64,000 bases of DNA from Eledone cirrhosa (lineage: Eukaryota): NCBI GenBank assembly GCA_964016885.1, contig OZ024750.1:41478001-41542000 (forward strand), in the 5' to 3' direction. Shown piece after piece: positions 44,701-58,975 of the stretch. Within the stretch, counting starts at the first letter, position 1. Each line of letters starts with the position of its first letter. Under the pieces are notes generated by a model, which worked only from the letters and a program-made list of their open reading frames with translations, did no database searches and was not told the origin of the DNA. Both the position numbers and the translations under genes were made by a program.

Positions 44701-47700
44701 AGACTCTACACCCCAGTCTAGGTTGTATATCTCAGCTGTGGCAGGGAGTGACAGACTCTACACCCCAGTCTAGGTGGTATATCTCAGCTGTGGCAGGGAG
44801 TGACAGACTCTACACCCCAGTGTAGGTGGTATATCTCAGCTGTGGTGTGGAGTGACTGACTCTACACCCCAGTCTAGGTGGTATATCTCAGCTGTGGTAG
44901 GGAGTGACAGATTCTACACCACAGTCTAGAGGGTATATCTCAGCTGTGGTAGGGAGTAGTAGACTCTACACCCCAGTCTAGGTGGTATATCTCAGCTGTG
45001 GTAGGGAGTGACAGACTCCACACCCGAGTCTAGGTGGTATATCTAAGCTGGGAATGTCAGACTCTACACCCCAGTCTAGAGGGTATATCTCAGCTGTGGT
45101 AGGGAGTGACAGACTCTACACCCCAGTCTAGGTGGTATATCTCAGCTGTGGTGGGGACTGACAGACTCTACACCCAGTCTAGGTGGTATATCTAAGCTGT
45201 GGTAGGGAGTGACAGACTCCACACCCCAGTCCAGATGGTATATCTCCACCGTTGTAGGGAGTGACAGACTCTACACCCCAGTCTAGATGGTATATCTCAG
45301 CTGTGGTAGGGAGTGGCAGACTCTACACCCCAGTCTAGGTGGTATATCTCTGCTGTGGTAGTGAGTGACAGACTCTACACCCCAGTCTAGGTGGGATATC
45401 TCAGCTGTGGTAGGGAGTGACAGACTCTACACCCCAGTCTAGGTGGTATATCTCAGCTGGGAGTGACAGACTCTACACTCCAGTCCAGATGGTATATCTC
45501 AGCTGTGGTAAGGAGTGACAGACTCTACACCCCAGTCTAGGTGGTATATCTCAGCTGTGTTAGGGAGTGGCAGACTCTACACCCCAGTCTAGAGGGTATA
45601 TCTCAGCTGTGGTAAGGAGTGACAGACTCTACACCCCAGTCTAGGTGGTATATCTCAGCTGTGTTAGGGAGTGGCAGACTCTACACCCCAGTCTAGGTGG
45701 TATATCTCAGCTGTGGTAAGGAGTGACAGACTCTACACCCCAGTCTAGGTGGTATATCTCAGCTGTGTTAGGGAGTGGCAGACTCTACACCCCAGTCTAG
45801 GTGGTATATCTCAGCTGTGGTAGGGAGTGACAGACTCTACACCCCAGTCTAGGTGGTATACGTCAGCTGTGGCAGGGAGTGACAGACTCTACACCCCAGT
45901 CCAGGTGGTATATCTCCCCTGTGGTAGGGAGTGACAGACTCTACACCCCAGTCCAGGTGATATATCTCCACTGTGGTAGGGAGTGACAGACTCTACACCC
46001 CAGTCTAGGTAGTATATCTCAGCTGTGGTAAGGAGTGACAGACTCTGCACCCCAGTCTAGGTGGTATATCTCAGCTGTGGTGGGGAGTGACAGACTCTAC
46101 ACCCCAGTCTAGGTGGTATATCTCAAATGTGGTAGGGAGTGACAGACTCTGCACCCCAGTCTAGGTGGTATATCTCAGCTGTGGCAGGGAGTGACAGACT
46201 CTACACCCCAGTCTAGGTGTTATATATCAACTGTGATAGGGAATGACAGACTCTACACCCCAGTCTAGGTGGTATATCTCAGCTGTGGTAGGGAGTGACA
46301 GACTCTACACCCCAGTCTAGGTGGTATACCTCAGCTGTGGTAGGGAGTGACAGACTCTACACCCCAGACTAGGTGGTATATATCAGCTGTGGTAGGGAGT
46401 GACAGACTCTACACCCCAGTCTAGGTTATATATCTCAGCTGTGGTGGGGAGTGACAGACTCTACACCCCAGTCTAGGTTATATATCTCAGCTGTGGCAGG
46501 GAGTGACAGACTCTACACCCTAGTCTAGGTGGTATATCTCAGTTGTGGTAGGGAGTGACAGATTCTACACCACGGTTTAGAGGGTATATCTCAGCTCTGG
46601 TAGGGATTGGCAGACTCTACACCCCAGTCTAGGTGGTATATCTCAGCTGTGGTAGGGAGTGACGGACTCTACACCCCAGTCTAGGTGGTATATCTCAGCT
46701 GTGGTAGGGAGTGACAGACTCCACACCCCAGTCTAGGTGGTATATCTCAGCTGGGAGTGACAGACTCTACACCCCAGTCTAGAGGATATATCTCAGCTGT
46801 GGTAAGCAGTGACAGACTCTACACCCCAGTCTAGGTGGTATATCTCAGCTGTGGTAGGGAGTGGCAGACTCTACACCCCAGTCTAGGTGGTATATCTCAG
46901 CTGTGGTAGGGAGTGACAGACCCTACACCCCAGACTAGGTGGTATGCCTCAGCTGTGGTAGAGAGTGACAGACTCTACACCCCAGTCTAGGTGGTATATC
47001 TCAGCTGTGGTAGGTAGTGACAAAATCTACACCCCAGTCTAGGTGGTATATGTCAGTTGTGGTAGGGAGTGACAGACTCTACACCACAGTCTAGGTGGTA
47101 TATATCAGCTGTGGTAGGGACTGACAGACTCTACACCCCAGTCTAGGTGATATATCTCAGCTGGGGTGGGGAGTGACAGACTCTACACCCCAGTCTAGGT
47201 GGTATATCTCAGCTGGGAGTGACAGACTCTACACCCCAGTCTAGAGGGTATATCTCAGCTGTGGTAGTGAGTGACAGACTCTACACCACAGTCTAGGTGG
47301 TATATCTCAGCTGTGGTAAGGAGTGACAGACTCTACACCCCAGTCTAGGTGGTATATCTCAGCTGGGAGTGACAGACTCTACACCCCAGTCCAGGTGGTA
47401 TTTCTCAGCTGTGGTGACGAGTGACAGACTCTACACCCCAGTCTAGGTGGTATATCTCAGCTGTGAGTGACGACTCTACACACCAGTCTAGGTGGTATAT
47501 CTCAGCTGTGGCAGGGAGTGACAGACTATACACCCCAGTCTAGGTGGTATATCTCAGCTGTGGTGGGGTGTGACAGACTCTACACTCCAGTCTAGGTGGT
47601 ATATCTCAGCTGTGGCAGGGAGTGACAGACTCTACACCCCAGTCTAGGTGGTATATCTCAGCTGTGAGTGACGACTCTACACCCCAGTGTAGGTGGTATA

Positions 47701-50689
47701 TCTCAGCTGTGGCAGGGAGTGACAGACTATACACCCCAGTCTAGGTGGTATATCTCAGCTGTGGTAAGGAGTGACAGATTCTACACCCCAGTCTAGGTGA
47801 TATATCTCAGCTGTGGTGGGGACTGACAGACTCTACACCCCAGTCTAGGTGGTATATCTCAGCTGTGGTAGGGAGTGACAGACTCTACACCCCTGTCCAG
47901 GTGGTATATCTCCACTGTTGTAGGGAGTGACAGACTCTACACCCCAGTCCAGGTGGTATATCTCCACTGTGGTAGGGAGTGACAGACTCTACACCCCAGT
48001 CTAGGTGGTATATCTCAGCTGTGGTAGGGAGTGGCAGACTCTACACCCCAGTCTAGGTGGTATATCTCAGCTGTGGTAGGGAGTGACAGATTCTACACCC
48101 CAGTCTAGGTGGTATATCTCAGATGTGGTAGGGAGAGACAGACTCTACACCCCAGTCTACGTGGTATATCTCAGCTGTGGTAGGGAGTGACAGACTCTGC
48201 ACCCCAGTCTAGGTGGTATATCTCAGCTGTGGTGGGGAGTGACAGACTCTACACCCCAGTCCAGGTGGTATATCTCAGCTGTGGTGGGGAGTGACAGACT
48301 CTGCACCCCAGTCTAGGTGGTATATCTCAGCTGTGGTGGGGAGTGACAGACTCTACACCCCAGTCTAGGTGGTATATCTCAGCTGTGGTGGGGAGTCACA
48401 GACTCTACACCCCAGTCGAGGTGGTATATCTCAGCTGTGGCAGGGAGTGACAGACTCTACACCCCAGTCTAGGTGGTATATCTCAGCTGTGGTGGGGAGT
48501 GACAGACTCTACACCCCAGTCTAGGTGGTATATCTCAGCTGTGGTAGGGAGTGACAGACTCTACACCCCAGTCTAGGTGGTATATCTCAGCTGGGAGTGA
48601 CAGACTCTACACTCCAGTCCAGGTGGTATATCTCAGCTGTGGTAAGGAGTGACAGACTCTACACTCCAGTCTAGGTGGTATATCTCAGCTGGGAGTGACG
48701 ACTCTACACCCCAGTCTAGGTGGTATATCTCAGCTGTGGCAGGGAGTGACAGACTCTACACCCCAGTCTAGGTGGTATATCTCAGCTGTGGGGGGGAGTG
48801 ACGACTCTACACCCCAGTCTAGGTGGTATATCTCAGCTGTGGTAGGGACTGACAGACTCTACACCCCAGTCTAGGTGGTATATCTCAGCTGGGAGTGACA
48901 GACTCTACACCCCAGTCTAGAGGGTATATCTCAGCTGTGGTAAGGAGTGACAGACTCTACACCCAGGTCTAGGTGGTATATCTCAGCTGTGGTGGGGAGT
49001 GACAGACTCTACACCCCAGTCTAGGTGGTATATCTTAGCTGGGAGTCACAGACTCTACACCCCAGTCTAGGTGGTATATCTCAGCTGTGGCAGGGAATGA
49101 CAGACTCTACACCCCAGTCTAGGTGGTATATCTCAGCTGGGAGTGACAGACTCTACACCCCAGTCTAGAGGGTATATCTCAGCTGTGGTAGGGAGTCACA
49201 GACTCCACACCCCAGTCTAGGTGGTATATCTCAGCTGTGGTGAGGAGTGACAGACTCTACACCCCAGTCTAGGTGGTATATCTCAGCTGTGGTAGGGAGT
49301 AACAGACTCATCACCCCAGTCTAGAGGGTATATCTCAGCTGTGGTAGGGATTCACAGACTCCACCCCCCAGTCTAGGTGGTATATCTCAGCTGTGGTAGG
49401 GAGTGACAGATTCTACACCACAGTCTAGAGGGTATATCTCAGCTGTGGTAGGGAGTGGCAGACTCTACACCCCCGTCTAGGTGGTATATCTCAGCTGTGG
49501 TAGGGAGTGACAGACTCCACACCCGAGTGTAGGTGGTATATCTCAGCTGGGAGTGACAGACTCTACACCCCAGTCTAGAGGGTATATTTCAGCTGTGGTA
49601 AGGAGTGACAGACTCTACACCCCAGTCTAGGTGGTATATCTCAGCTGTGTTAGGGAGTGGCAGACTCTAAACCCCAGTCTAGGTGGTATATCTCAGCTGT
49701 GGCAGGGAGTGACAGACTCTACACCCCAGTCTAGGTGGTATATCTCAGCTGTGGTAGGGAGTGACAGACTCTACACCCCAGTCTGGGTGGTATATCTCAG
49801 CTGTGGCAGGGAGTGACAGACTCTACACCCCAGTCTAGGTGGTATATCTCAGCTGTGGTAGGGAGTGACAGACTCTACACCCCAGTCTAGGTGGTATATC
49901 TCAGCTGTGGCAGGGAGTGACAGACTCTACACCCCAGTCTGGGTGGTATATCTCAGCTGTGGCAGGGAGTGACAGACTCTACACCCCAGTCTAGGTGGTA
50001 TATCTCAGCTGTGGTAGGAAGTTCAGACTCTACACCCCAGTCTAGGTGGTATATCTCAGCTGTGGTAGGGAGTAACAGACTCTACACCCCAGTCTAGGTG
50101 GTATATCTCAGCTGTGGTAGGGAGTGACAGACTCTACACCCCAGTCTAGGTGGTATATCTCTGCTGTGGTAGGGAGTGACAGACTCTACACCCCAGTCTA
50201 GGTGGTATATCTCAGCTGGGAGTGACAGACTCTACACCCCTGTCCAGGTGGTACATCTCAGCTGTGGTAAGGAGTGACAGACTCTACACCCCAGTCTAGG
50301 TGGTATATCTCAGCTGGGAGTGACGACTCTACACCCCAGTCTAGGTGGTATATCTCAGCTGTGGCAGGGAGTGACAGACTCTACACCCCAGTCTAGGTGG
50401 TATATCTCAGCTGTGGTGGGGACTGACGGACTCTACACCCCAGTCTAGGTGGTATATCTCAGCTGTGGTAGGGACTGACAGACTCTACACCCCAGTTTAG
50501 GTGATATATCTCAGCTGTGGTGGGAGTGACAGACTCTACACCCCAGTCTAGACGGTATATCTCAGCTGTGGTAAGGAGTGACAGACTCAACACCCCAGTC
50601 TAGGTGGTATATCTCAGCTGTGGTAGGGAGTGGCAAACTCTACACCCCAGTCAAGGTGGTATATCTCAGCTGTGGTAGGGAGTGACAGA

Positions 50690-53600
50690 CTCTACACCCC
50701 AGTCTAGGTGGTATACCTCAGCTGTGGTAGAGAGTGACAGACTCCACACCCCAGTCTAGGTGGTATATCTCAGCTGTGGTAGGTAGTGACAGACTCTACA
50801 CCCCAGTCTAGGTGGTATATCTCAGCTGTGGTAGGGAGAGGTAGACTCTACACCCCAGTCTAGGTGGTATATCTCAGCTGTGTGGGGACTGACAGACTCT
50901 AAACCACAGTCTAGCTGGTATATCTCAGCTGTGGTAGGGAGTGACAGACTCTACACCCCAGTCTAGGTGGTATATCTCAGCTGGGAGTGACAGACTCTAC
51001 ACCCCAGTCTAGAGGGTATATCTCAGCTGTGGTAAGGAGTGACAGACTCAACACCCCAGTCTAAGTGGTATATCTCAGCTGTGGTAGGGAGTGGCAGACT
51101 CTACACCCCAGTCAAGGTGGTACATCTCAGCTGTGGTAGGGAGTGACAGACTCTACACCCCAGTCTAGGTGGTATACCTCAGCTGTGGTAGAGAGTGACA
51201 GACACCACACCCCAGTCTAGGTGGTATATCTCAGCTGTGGTAGGGAGTGACAGACTCTACACCCCAGTCTAGGTGGTATATCTCAGCTGTGGCAGGGAGT
51301 GACAGACTCTGCACCCCAGTCTAGGTGGTATATCTCAGCTGTGGTAGGTAGTGACAGACTCTACACCCCAGTCTAGGTGGTATATCTCAGCTGTGGTAGG
51401 GAGTGACAGACTCTACACCCCAGTCTTGGTGGTATATCTCAGCTGTGGTGGGGAGTGACAGACTCTACACCCCAGTCTAGGTGGTATATCTAAGCTGTGG
51501 TAGGGAGAGGTAGACTCTACACCCCAGTCTAGGTGGTATATCTCAGCTGGGAGTGACAGACTCTACACCCCGGTGTAGAGGGTATATCTCAGCTGTGGTA
51601 AGCAGTGACAGACTCTACACCCCAGTCTATGTGGTATATCGCAGCTGTGGTAGGGAGTGGCAGACTCTACACCCCAGTCTAGGTGGTATATCTCAGCTGT
51701 GGTAGGGAGTGACAGACCCTACACCCCAGTCTAGGTGGTATACCTCAGCTGTGGTAGAGAGTGACAGACTCTACACCCCAGTCTAGGTGGTATATCTCAG
51801 CTGTGGTAGGTAGTGACAGACTCTACACCCCAGTCTAGGTGGTATATGTCAGTTGTGGTAGGGAGTGACAGACTCTACACCACAGTCTAGGTGGTATATA
51901 TCAGCTGTGGTAGGGACTGACAGACTCTACACCCCAGTCTAGGTGATATATCTCAGCTGTGGTGGGGAGTGACAGACTCTACACCCCAGTCTAGGTGGTA
52001 TATCTCAGCTGTGGTGGGGACTGACAGACTCTACACCCCAGTCTACGTGGTATATCTCAGCAGTGGTAGGGAGTGACAGACTCTACACCCCAGTCTAGGT
52101 GGTATATCTCAGCTGGGAGTGACAGACTCTACACCCCAGTCCAGGTGGTATTTCTCAGCTGTGGTGAGGAGTGACAGACTCTACACCCCAGTCTAGGTGG
52201 TATATCTCAGCTGTGAGTGACGACTCTACACCCCAGTCTAGGTGGTATATCTCAGCTGTGGCAGGGAGTGACAAACTATACACCCCAGTCTAGGTGGTAT
52301 ATCTCAGCTGTGGTGGGGACTGACAGACTCTACACTCCAGTCTAGGTGGTATATCTCAGCTGTGGCAGGGAGTGACAGACTCTACACCCCAGTCTAGGTG
52401 GTATATCTCAGCTGTGAGTGACGACTCTACACCCCAGTCTAGGTGGTATATCTCAGCTGTGGTAGGGAGTGACAGACTCCACACCCGAGTCTAGGTGGTA
52501 TATCTCAGCTGGGAGTGACAGACTCTACACCCCAGTCTAGAGGGTATATCTCAGCTGTGGTAAGGAGTGACAGATTCTACACCCCAGTCTAGGTGGTATA
52601 TCTCAGCTGTGGTGGGGACTGACAGACTCTACACCCAGTCTAGGTGGTATATCTAAGCTGTGGTAGGGAGTGACAGACTCCACACCCCAGTCCAGGTGGT
52701 ATATTTCCACCGTGGTAGGGAGTGACAGACTCTACACCCCAGTCTAGAGGGTATATTTCAGCTGTGGTAAGGAGTGACAGACTCTACACCCCTGTCTAGG
52801 TGGTATATCTCAGCTGTGGTAGGGAGTGACAGACTCTACACCCCAGTCTAGGTGGTATACCTCAGCTGTGGTAGAGAGTGACAGACTCCACACCCCAGTC
52901 TAGGTGGTATATCTCAGCTGTGGTAGGGAGTGACAGACTCTACACCCCAGTCTGGGTGGTATATCTCAGCTGTGGCAGGGAGTGACAGACTCTACACCCC
53001 AGTCTAGGTGGTATATCTCAGCTGTGGTAGGAAGTTCAGACTCTACACCCCAGTCTAGGTGGTATATCTCAGCTGTGGTAGGGAGTGACAGACTCTACAC
53101 CCCAGTCTAGGTGGTATATCTCAGCTGTGGTGGGGACTGACAGACTCTAGACCCCAGTCCAGGTGGTATATCTCAGCTGTGGTGGGGAGTGACATACTCT
53201 ACACCCCAGTCTAGGTGGTATATCTCAGCTGTGGTAGGGAGTGACAGACTCTACACCCCAGTCTAGGTGGTATATCTCAGCTGGGAGTGACAGACTCTAC
53301 ACCCCTGTCCAGGTGGTATATCTCAGCTGTGGTAAGGAGTGACAGACTCTACACCCCAGTCTAGGTGGTATATCTCAGCTGGGAGTGACGACTCTACACC
53401 CCAGTCTAGGTGGTATATCTCAGCTGTGGCAGGGAGTGACTGACTCTACACCCCAGTCTAGGTGGTATACCTCAGCTGTGGTAGAGAGTGACAGACTCCA
53501 CACCCCAGTCTAGGTGGTATATCTCAGCTGTGGTAGGTAGTGACAGACTCTACACCCCAGTCTAGGTGGTATATCTCAGCTGTGGTAGGGAGAGGTAGAC

Positions 53601-56600
53601 TCTACACCCCAGTCTAGGTGGTATATCTCAGCTGTGTGGGGACTGACAGACTCTAAACCACAGTCTAGCTGGTATATCTCAGCTGTGGTAGGGAGTGACA
53701 GACTCTACACCCCAGTCTAGGTGGTATATCTCAGCTGGGAGTGACAGACTCTACACCCCAGTCTAGAGGGTATATCTCAGCTGTGGTAAGGAGTGACAGA
53801 CTCAACACCCCAGTCTAAGTGGTATATCTCAGCTGTGGTAGGGAGTGGCAGACTCTACACCCCAGTCAAGGTGGTACATCTCAGCTGTGGTAGGGAGTGA
53901 CAGACTCTACACCCCAGTCTAGGTGGTATACCTCAGCTGTGGTAGAGAGTGACAGACACCACACCCCAGTCTAGGTGGTATATCTCAGCTGTGGTAGGGA
54001 GTGACAGACTCTACACCCCAGTCTAGGTGGTATATCTCAGCTGTGGCAGGGAGTGACAGACTCTGCACCCCAGTCTAGGTGGTATATCTCAGCTGTGGTA
54101 GGTAGTGACAGACTCTACACCCCAGTCTAGGTGGTATATCTCAGCTGTGGTAGGGAGTGACAGACTCTACACCCCAGTCTTGGTGGTATATCTCAGCTGT
54201 GGTGGGGAGTGACAGACTCTACACCCCAGTCTAGGTGGTATATCTAAGCTGTGGTAGGGAGAGGTAGACTCTACACCCCAGTCTAGGTGGTATATCTCAG
54301 CTGGGAGTGACAGACTCTACACCCCGGTGTAGAGGGTATATCTCAGCTGTGGTAAGCAGTGACAGACTCTACACCCCAGTCTATGTGGTATATCGCAGCT
54401 GTGGTAGGGAGTGGCAGACTCTACACCCCAGTCTAGGTGGTATATCTCAGCTGTGGTAGGGAGTGACAGACCCTACACCCCAGTCTAGGTGGTATACCTC
54501 AGCTGTGGTAGAGAGTGACAGACTCTACACCCCAGTCTAGGTGGTATATCTCAGCTGTGGTAGGTAGTGACAGACTCTACACCCCAGTCTAGGTGGTATA
54601 TGTCAGTTGTGGTAGGGAGTGACAGACTCTACACCACAGTCTAGGTGGTATATATCAGCTGTGGTAGGGACTGACAGACTCTACACCCCAGTCTAGGTGA
54701 TATATCTCAGCTGTGGTGGGGAGTGACAGACTCTACACCCCAGTCTAGGTGGTATATCTCAGCTGTGGTGGGGACTGACAGACTCTACACCCCAGTCTAC
54801 GTGGTATATCTCAGCAGTGATAGGGAGTGACAGACTCTACACCCCAGTCTAGGTGGTATATCTCAGCTGGGAGTGACAGACTCTACACCCCAGTCCAGGT
54901 GGTATTTCTCAGCTGTGGTGAGGAGTGACAGACTCTACACCCCAGTCTAGGTGGTATATCTCAGCTGTGAGTGACGACTCTACACCCCAGTCTAGGTGGT
55001 ATATCTCAGCTGTGGCAGGGAGTGACAAACTATACACCCCAGTCTAGGTGGTATATCTCAGCTGTGGTGGGGACTGACAGACTCTACACTCCAGTCTAGG
55101 TGGTATATCTCAGCTGTGGCAGGGAGTGACAGACTCTACACCCCAGTCTAGGTGGTATATCTCAGCTGTGAGTGACGACTCTACACCCCAGTCTAGGTGG
55201 TATATCTCAGCTGTGGTAGGGAGTGACAGACTCCACACCCGAGTCTAGGTGGTATATCTCAGCTGGGAGTGACAGACTCTACACCCCAGTCTAGAGGGTA
55301 TATCTCAGCTGTGGTAAGGAGTGACAGATTCTACACCCCAGTCTAGGTGGTATATCTCAGCTGTGGTGGGGACTGACAGACTCTACACCCAGTCTAGGTG
55401 GTATATCTAAGCTGTGGTAGGGAGTGACAGACTCCACACCCCAGTCCAGGTGGTATATTTCCACCGTGGTAGGGAGTGACAGACTCTACACCCCAGTCTA
55501 GAGGGTATATTTCAGCTGTGGTAAGGAGTGACAGACTCTACACCCCTGTCTAGGTGGTATATCTCAGCTGTGGTAGGGAGTGACAGACTCTACACCCCAG
55601 TCTAGGTGGTATACCTCAGCTGTGGTAGAGAGTGACAGACTCCACACCCCAGTCTAGGTGGTATATCTCAGCTGTGGTAGGGAGTGACAGACTCTACACC
55701 CCAGTCTGGGTGGTATATCTCAGCTGTGGCAGGGAGTGACAGACTCTACACCCCAGTCTAGGTGGTATATCTCAGCTGTGGTAGGAAGTTCAGACTCTAC
55801 ACCCCAGTCTAGGTGGTATATCTCAGCTGTGGTAGGGAGTGACAGACTCTACACCCCAGTCTAGGTGGTATATCTCAGCTGTGGTGGGGACTGACAGACT
55901 CTAGACCCCAGTCCAGGTGGTATATCTCAGCTGTGGTGGGGAGTGACATACTCTACACCCCAGTCTAGGTGGTATATCTCAGCTGTGGTAGGGAGTGACA
56001 GACTCTACACCCCAGTCTAGGTGGTATATCTCAGCTGGGAGTGACAGACTCTACACCCCTGTCCAGGTGGTATATCTCAGCTGTGGTAAGGAGTGACAGA
56101 CTCTACACCCCAGTCTAGGTGGTATATCTCAGCTGGGAGTGACGACTCTACACCCCAGTCTAGGTGGTATATCTCAGCTGTGGCAGGGAGTGACTGACTC
56201 TACACCCCAGTCTAGGTGGTATACCTCAGCTGTGGTAGAGAGTGACAGACTCCACACCCCAGTCTAGGTGGTATATCTCAGCTGTGGTAGGTAGTGACAG
56301 ACTCTACACCCCAGTCTAGGTGGTATATCTCAGCTGTGGTAGGGAGAGGTAGACTCTACACCCCAGTCTAGGTGGTATATCTCAGCTGTGTGGGGACTGA
56401 CAGACTCTAAACCACAGTCTAGCTGGTATATCTCAGCTGTGGTAGGGAGTGACAGACTCTACACCCCAGTCTAGGTGGTATATCTCAGCTGGGAGTGACA
56501 GACTCTACACCCCAGTCTAGAGGGTATATCTCAGCTGTGGTAAGGAGTGACAGACTCAACACCCCAGTCTAAGTGGTATATCTCAGCTGTGGTAGGGAGT

Positions 56601-58975
56601 GGCAGACTCTACACCCCAGTCAAGGTGGTACATCTCAGCTGTGGTAGGGAGTGACAGACTCTACACCCCAGTCTAGGTGGTATACCTCAGCTGTGGTAGA
56701 GAGTGACAGACACCACACCCCAGTCTAGGTGGTATATCTCAGCTGTGGTAGGGAGTGACAGACTCTACACCCCAGTCTAGGTGGTATATCTCAGCTGTGG
56801 CAGGGAGTGACAGACTCTGCACCCCAGTCTAGGTGGTATATCTCAGCTGTGGTAGGTAGTGACAGACTCTACACCCCAGTCTAGGTGGTATATCTCAGCT
56901 GTGGTAGGGAGTGACAGACTCTACACCCCAGTCTTGGTGGTATATCTCAGCTGTGGTGGGGAGTGACAGACTCTACACCCCAGTCTAGGTGGTATATCTA
57001 AGCTGTGGTAGGGAGAGGTAGACTCTACACCCCAGTCTAGGTGGTATATCTCAGCTGGGAGTGACAGACTCTACACCCCGGTGTAGAGGGTATATCTCAG
57101 CTGTGGTAAGCAGTGACAGACTCTACACCCCAGTCTATGTGGTATATCGCAGCTGTGGTAGGGAGTGGCAGACTCTACACCCCAGTCTAGGTGGTATATC
57201 TCAGCTGTGGTAGGGAGTGACAGACCCTACACCCCAGTCTAGGTGGTATACCTCAGCTGTGGTAGAGAGTGACAGACTCTACACCCCAGTCTAGGTGGTA
57301 TATCTCAGCTGTGGTAGGTAGTGACAGACTCTACACCCCAGTCTAGGTGGTATATGTCAGTTGTGGTAGGGAGTGACAGACTCTACACCACAGTCTAGGT
57401 GGTATATATCAGCTGTGGTAGGGACTGACAGACTCTACACCCCAGTCTAGGTGATATATCTCAGCTGTGGTGGGGAGTGACAGACTCTACACCCCAGTCT
57501 AGGTGGTATATCTCAGCTGTGGTGGGGACTGACAGACTCTACACCCCAGTCTACGTGGTATATCTCAGCAGTGGTAGGGAGTGACAGACTCTACACCCCA
57601 GTCTAGGTGGTATATCTCAGCTGGGAGTGACAGACTCTACACCCCAGTCCAGGTGGTATTTCTCAGCTGTGGTGAGGAGTGACAGACTCTACACCCCAGT
57701 CTAGGTGGTATATCTCAGCTGTGAGTGACGACTCTACACCCCAGTCTAGGTGGTATATCTCAGCTGTGGCAGGGAGTGACAAACTATACACCCCAGTCTA
57801 GGTGGTATATCTCAGCTGTGGTGGGGACTGACAGACTCTACACTCCAGTCTAGGTGGTATATCTCAGCTGTGGCAGGGAGTGACAGACTCTACACCCCAG
57901 TCTAGGTGGTATATCTCAGCTGTGAGTGACGACTCTACACCCCAGTCTAGGTGGTATATCTCAGCTGTGGTAGGGAGTGACAGACTCCACACCCGAGTCT
58001 AGGTGGTATATCTCAGCTGGGAGTGACAGACTCTACACCCCAGTCTAGAGGGTATATCTCAGCTGTGGTAAGGAGTGACAGATTCTACACCCCAGTCTAG
58101 GTGGTATATCTCAGCTGTGGTGGGGACTGACAGACTCTACACCCAGTCTAGGTGGTATATCTAAGCTGTGGTAGGGAGTGACAGACTCCACACCCCAGTC
58201 CAGGTGGTATATTTCCACCGTGGTAGGGAGTGACAGACTCTACACCCCAGTCTAGAGGGTATATTTCAGCTGTGGTAAGGAGTGACAGACTCTACACCCC
58301 TGTCTAGGTGGTATATCTCAGCTGTGGTAGGGAATAACAGACTCTACACCCCAGTCTAGGTGGTATACCTCAGCTGTGGTAGAGAGTGACAGACTCCACA
58401 CCCCAGTCTAGGTGGTATATCTCAGCTGTGGTAGGGAGTGACAGACTCTACACCCCAGTCTGGGTGGTATATCTCAGCTGTGGCAGGGAGTGACAGACTC
58501 TACACCCCAGTCTAGGTGGTATATCTCAGCTGTGGTAGGAAGTTCAGACTCTACACCCCAGTCTAGGTGGTATATCTCAGCTGTGGTAGGGAGTAACAGA
58601 CTCTACACCCCAGTCTAGGTGGTATATCTCAGCTGTGGTGGGGACTGACAGACTCTAGACCCCAGTCCAGGTGGTATATCTCAGCTGTGGTGGGGAGTGA
58701 CATACTCTACACCCCAGTCTAGGTGGTATATCTCAGCTGTGGTAGGGAGTGACAGACTCTACACCCCAGTCTAGGTGGTATATCTCAGCTGGGAGTGACA
58801 GACTCTACACCCCTGTCCAGGTGGTATATCTCAGCTGTGGTAAGGATTGACAGACTCTACACCCCAGTCTAGGTGGTATATCTCAGCTGGGAGTGACGAC
58901 TCTACACCCCAGTCTAGGTGGTATATCTCAGCTGTGGCAGGGAGTGACTGACTCTACACCCCAGTCTAGGTGGTA
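50690..58975. repeat. Three near-identical tandem copies of a 2754-bp, 54-monomer higher-order repeat
   Basis: CGGTGTAGAG at 51571, 54325 and 57079 (offset 2754 twice). The deletions counted in one unit total 54 bp, and 2754+54 = 54x52. Confidence 0.93.

Noticed and set aside
49631-49816. 61-aa ORF
   Set aside because: Same chance read-through. The 52-bp unit cycles through frames and the consensus has stops on both strands.
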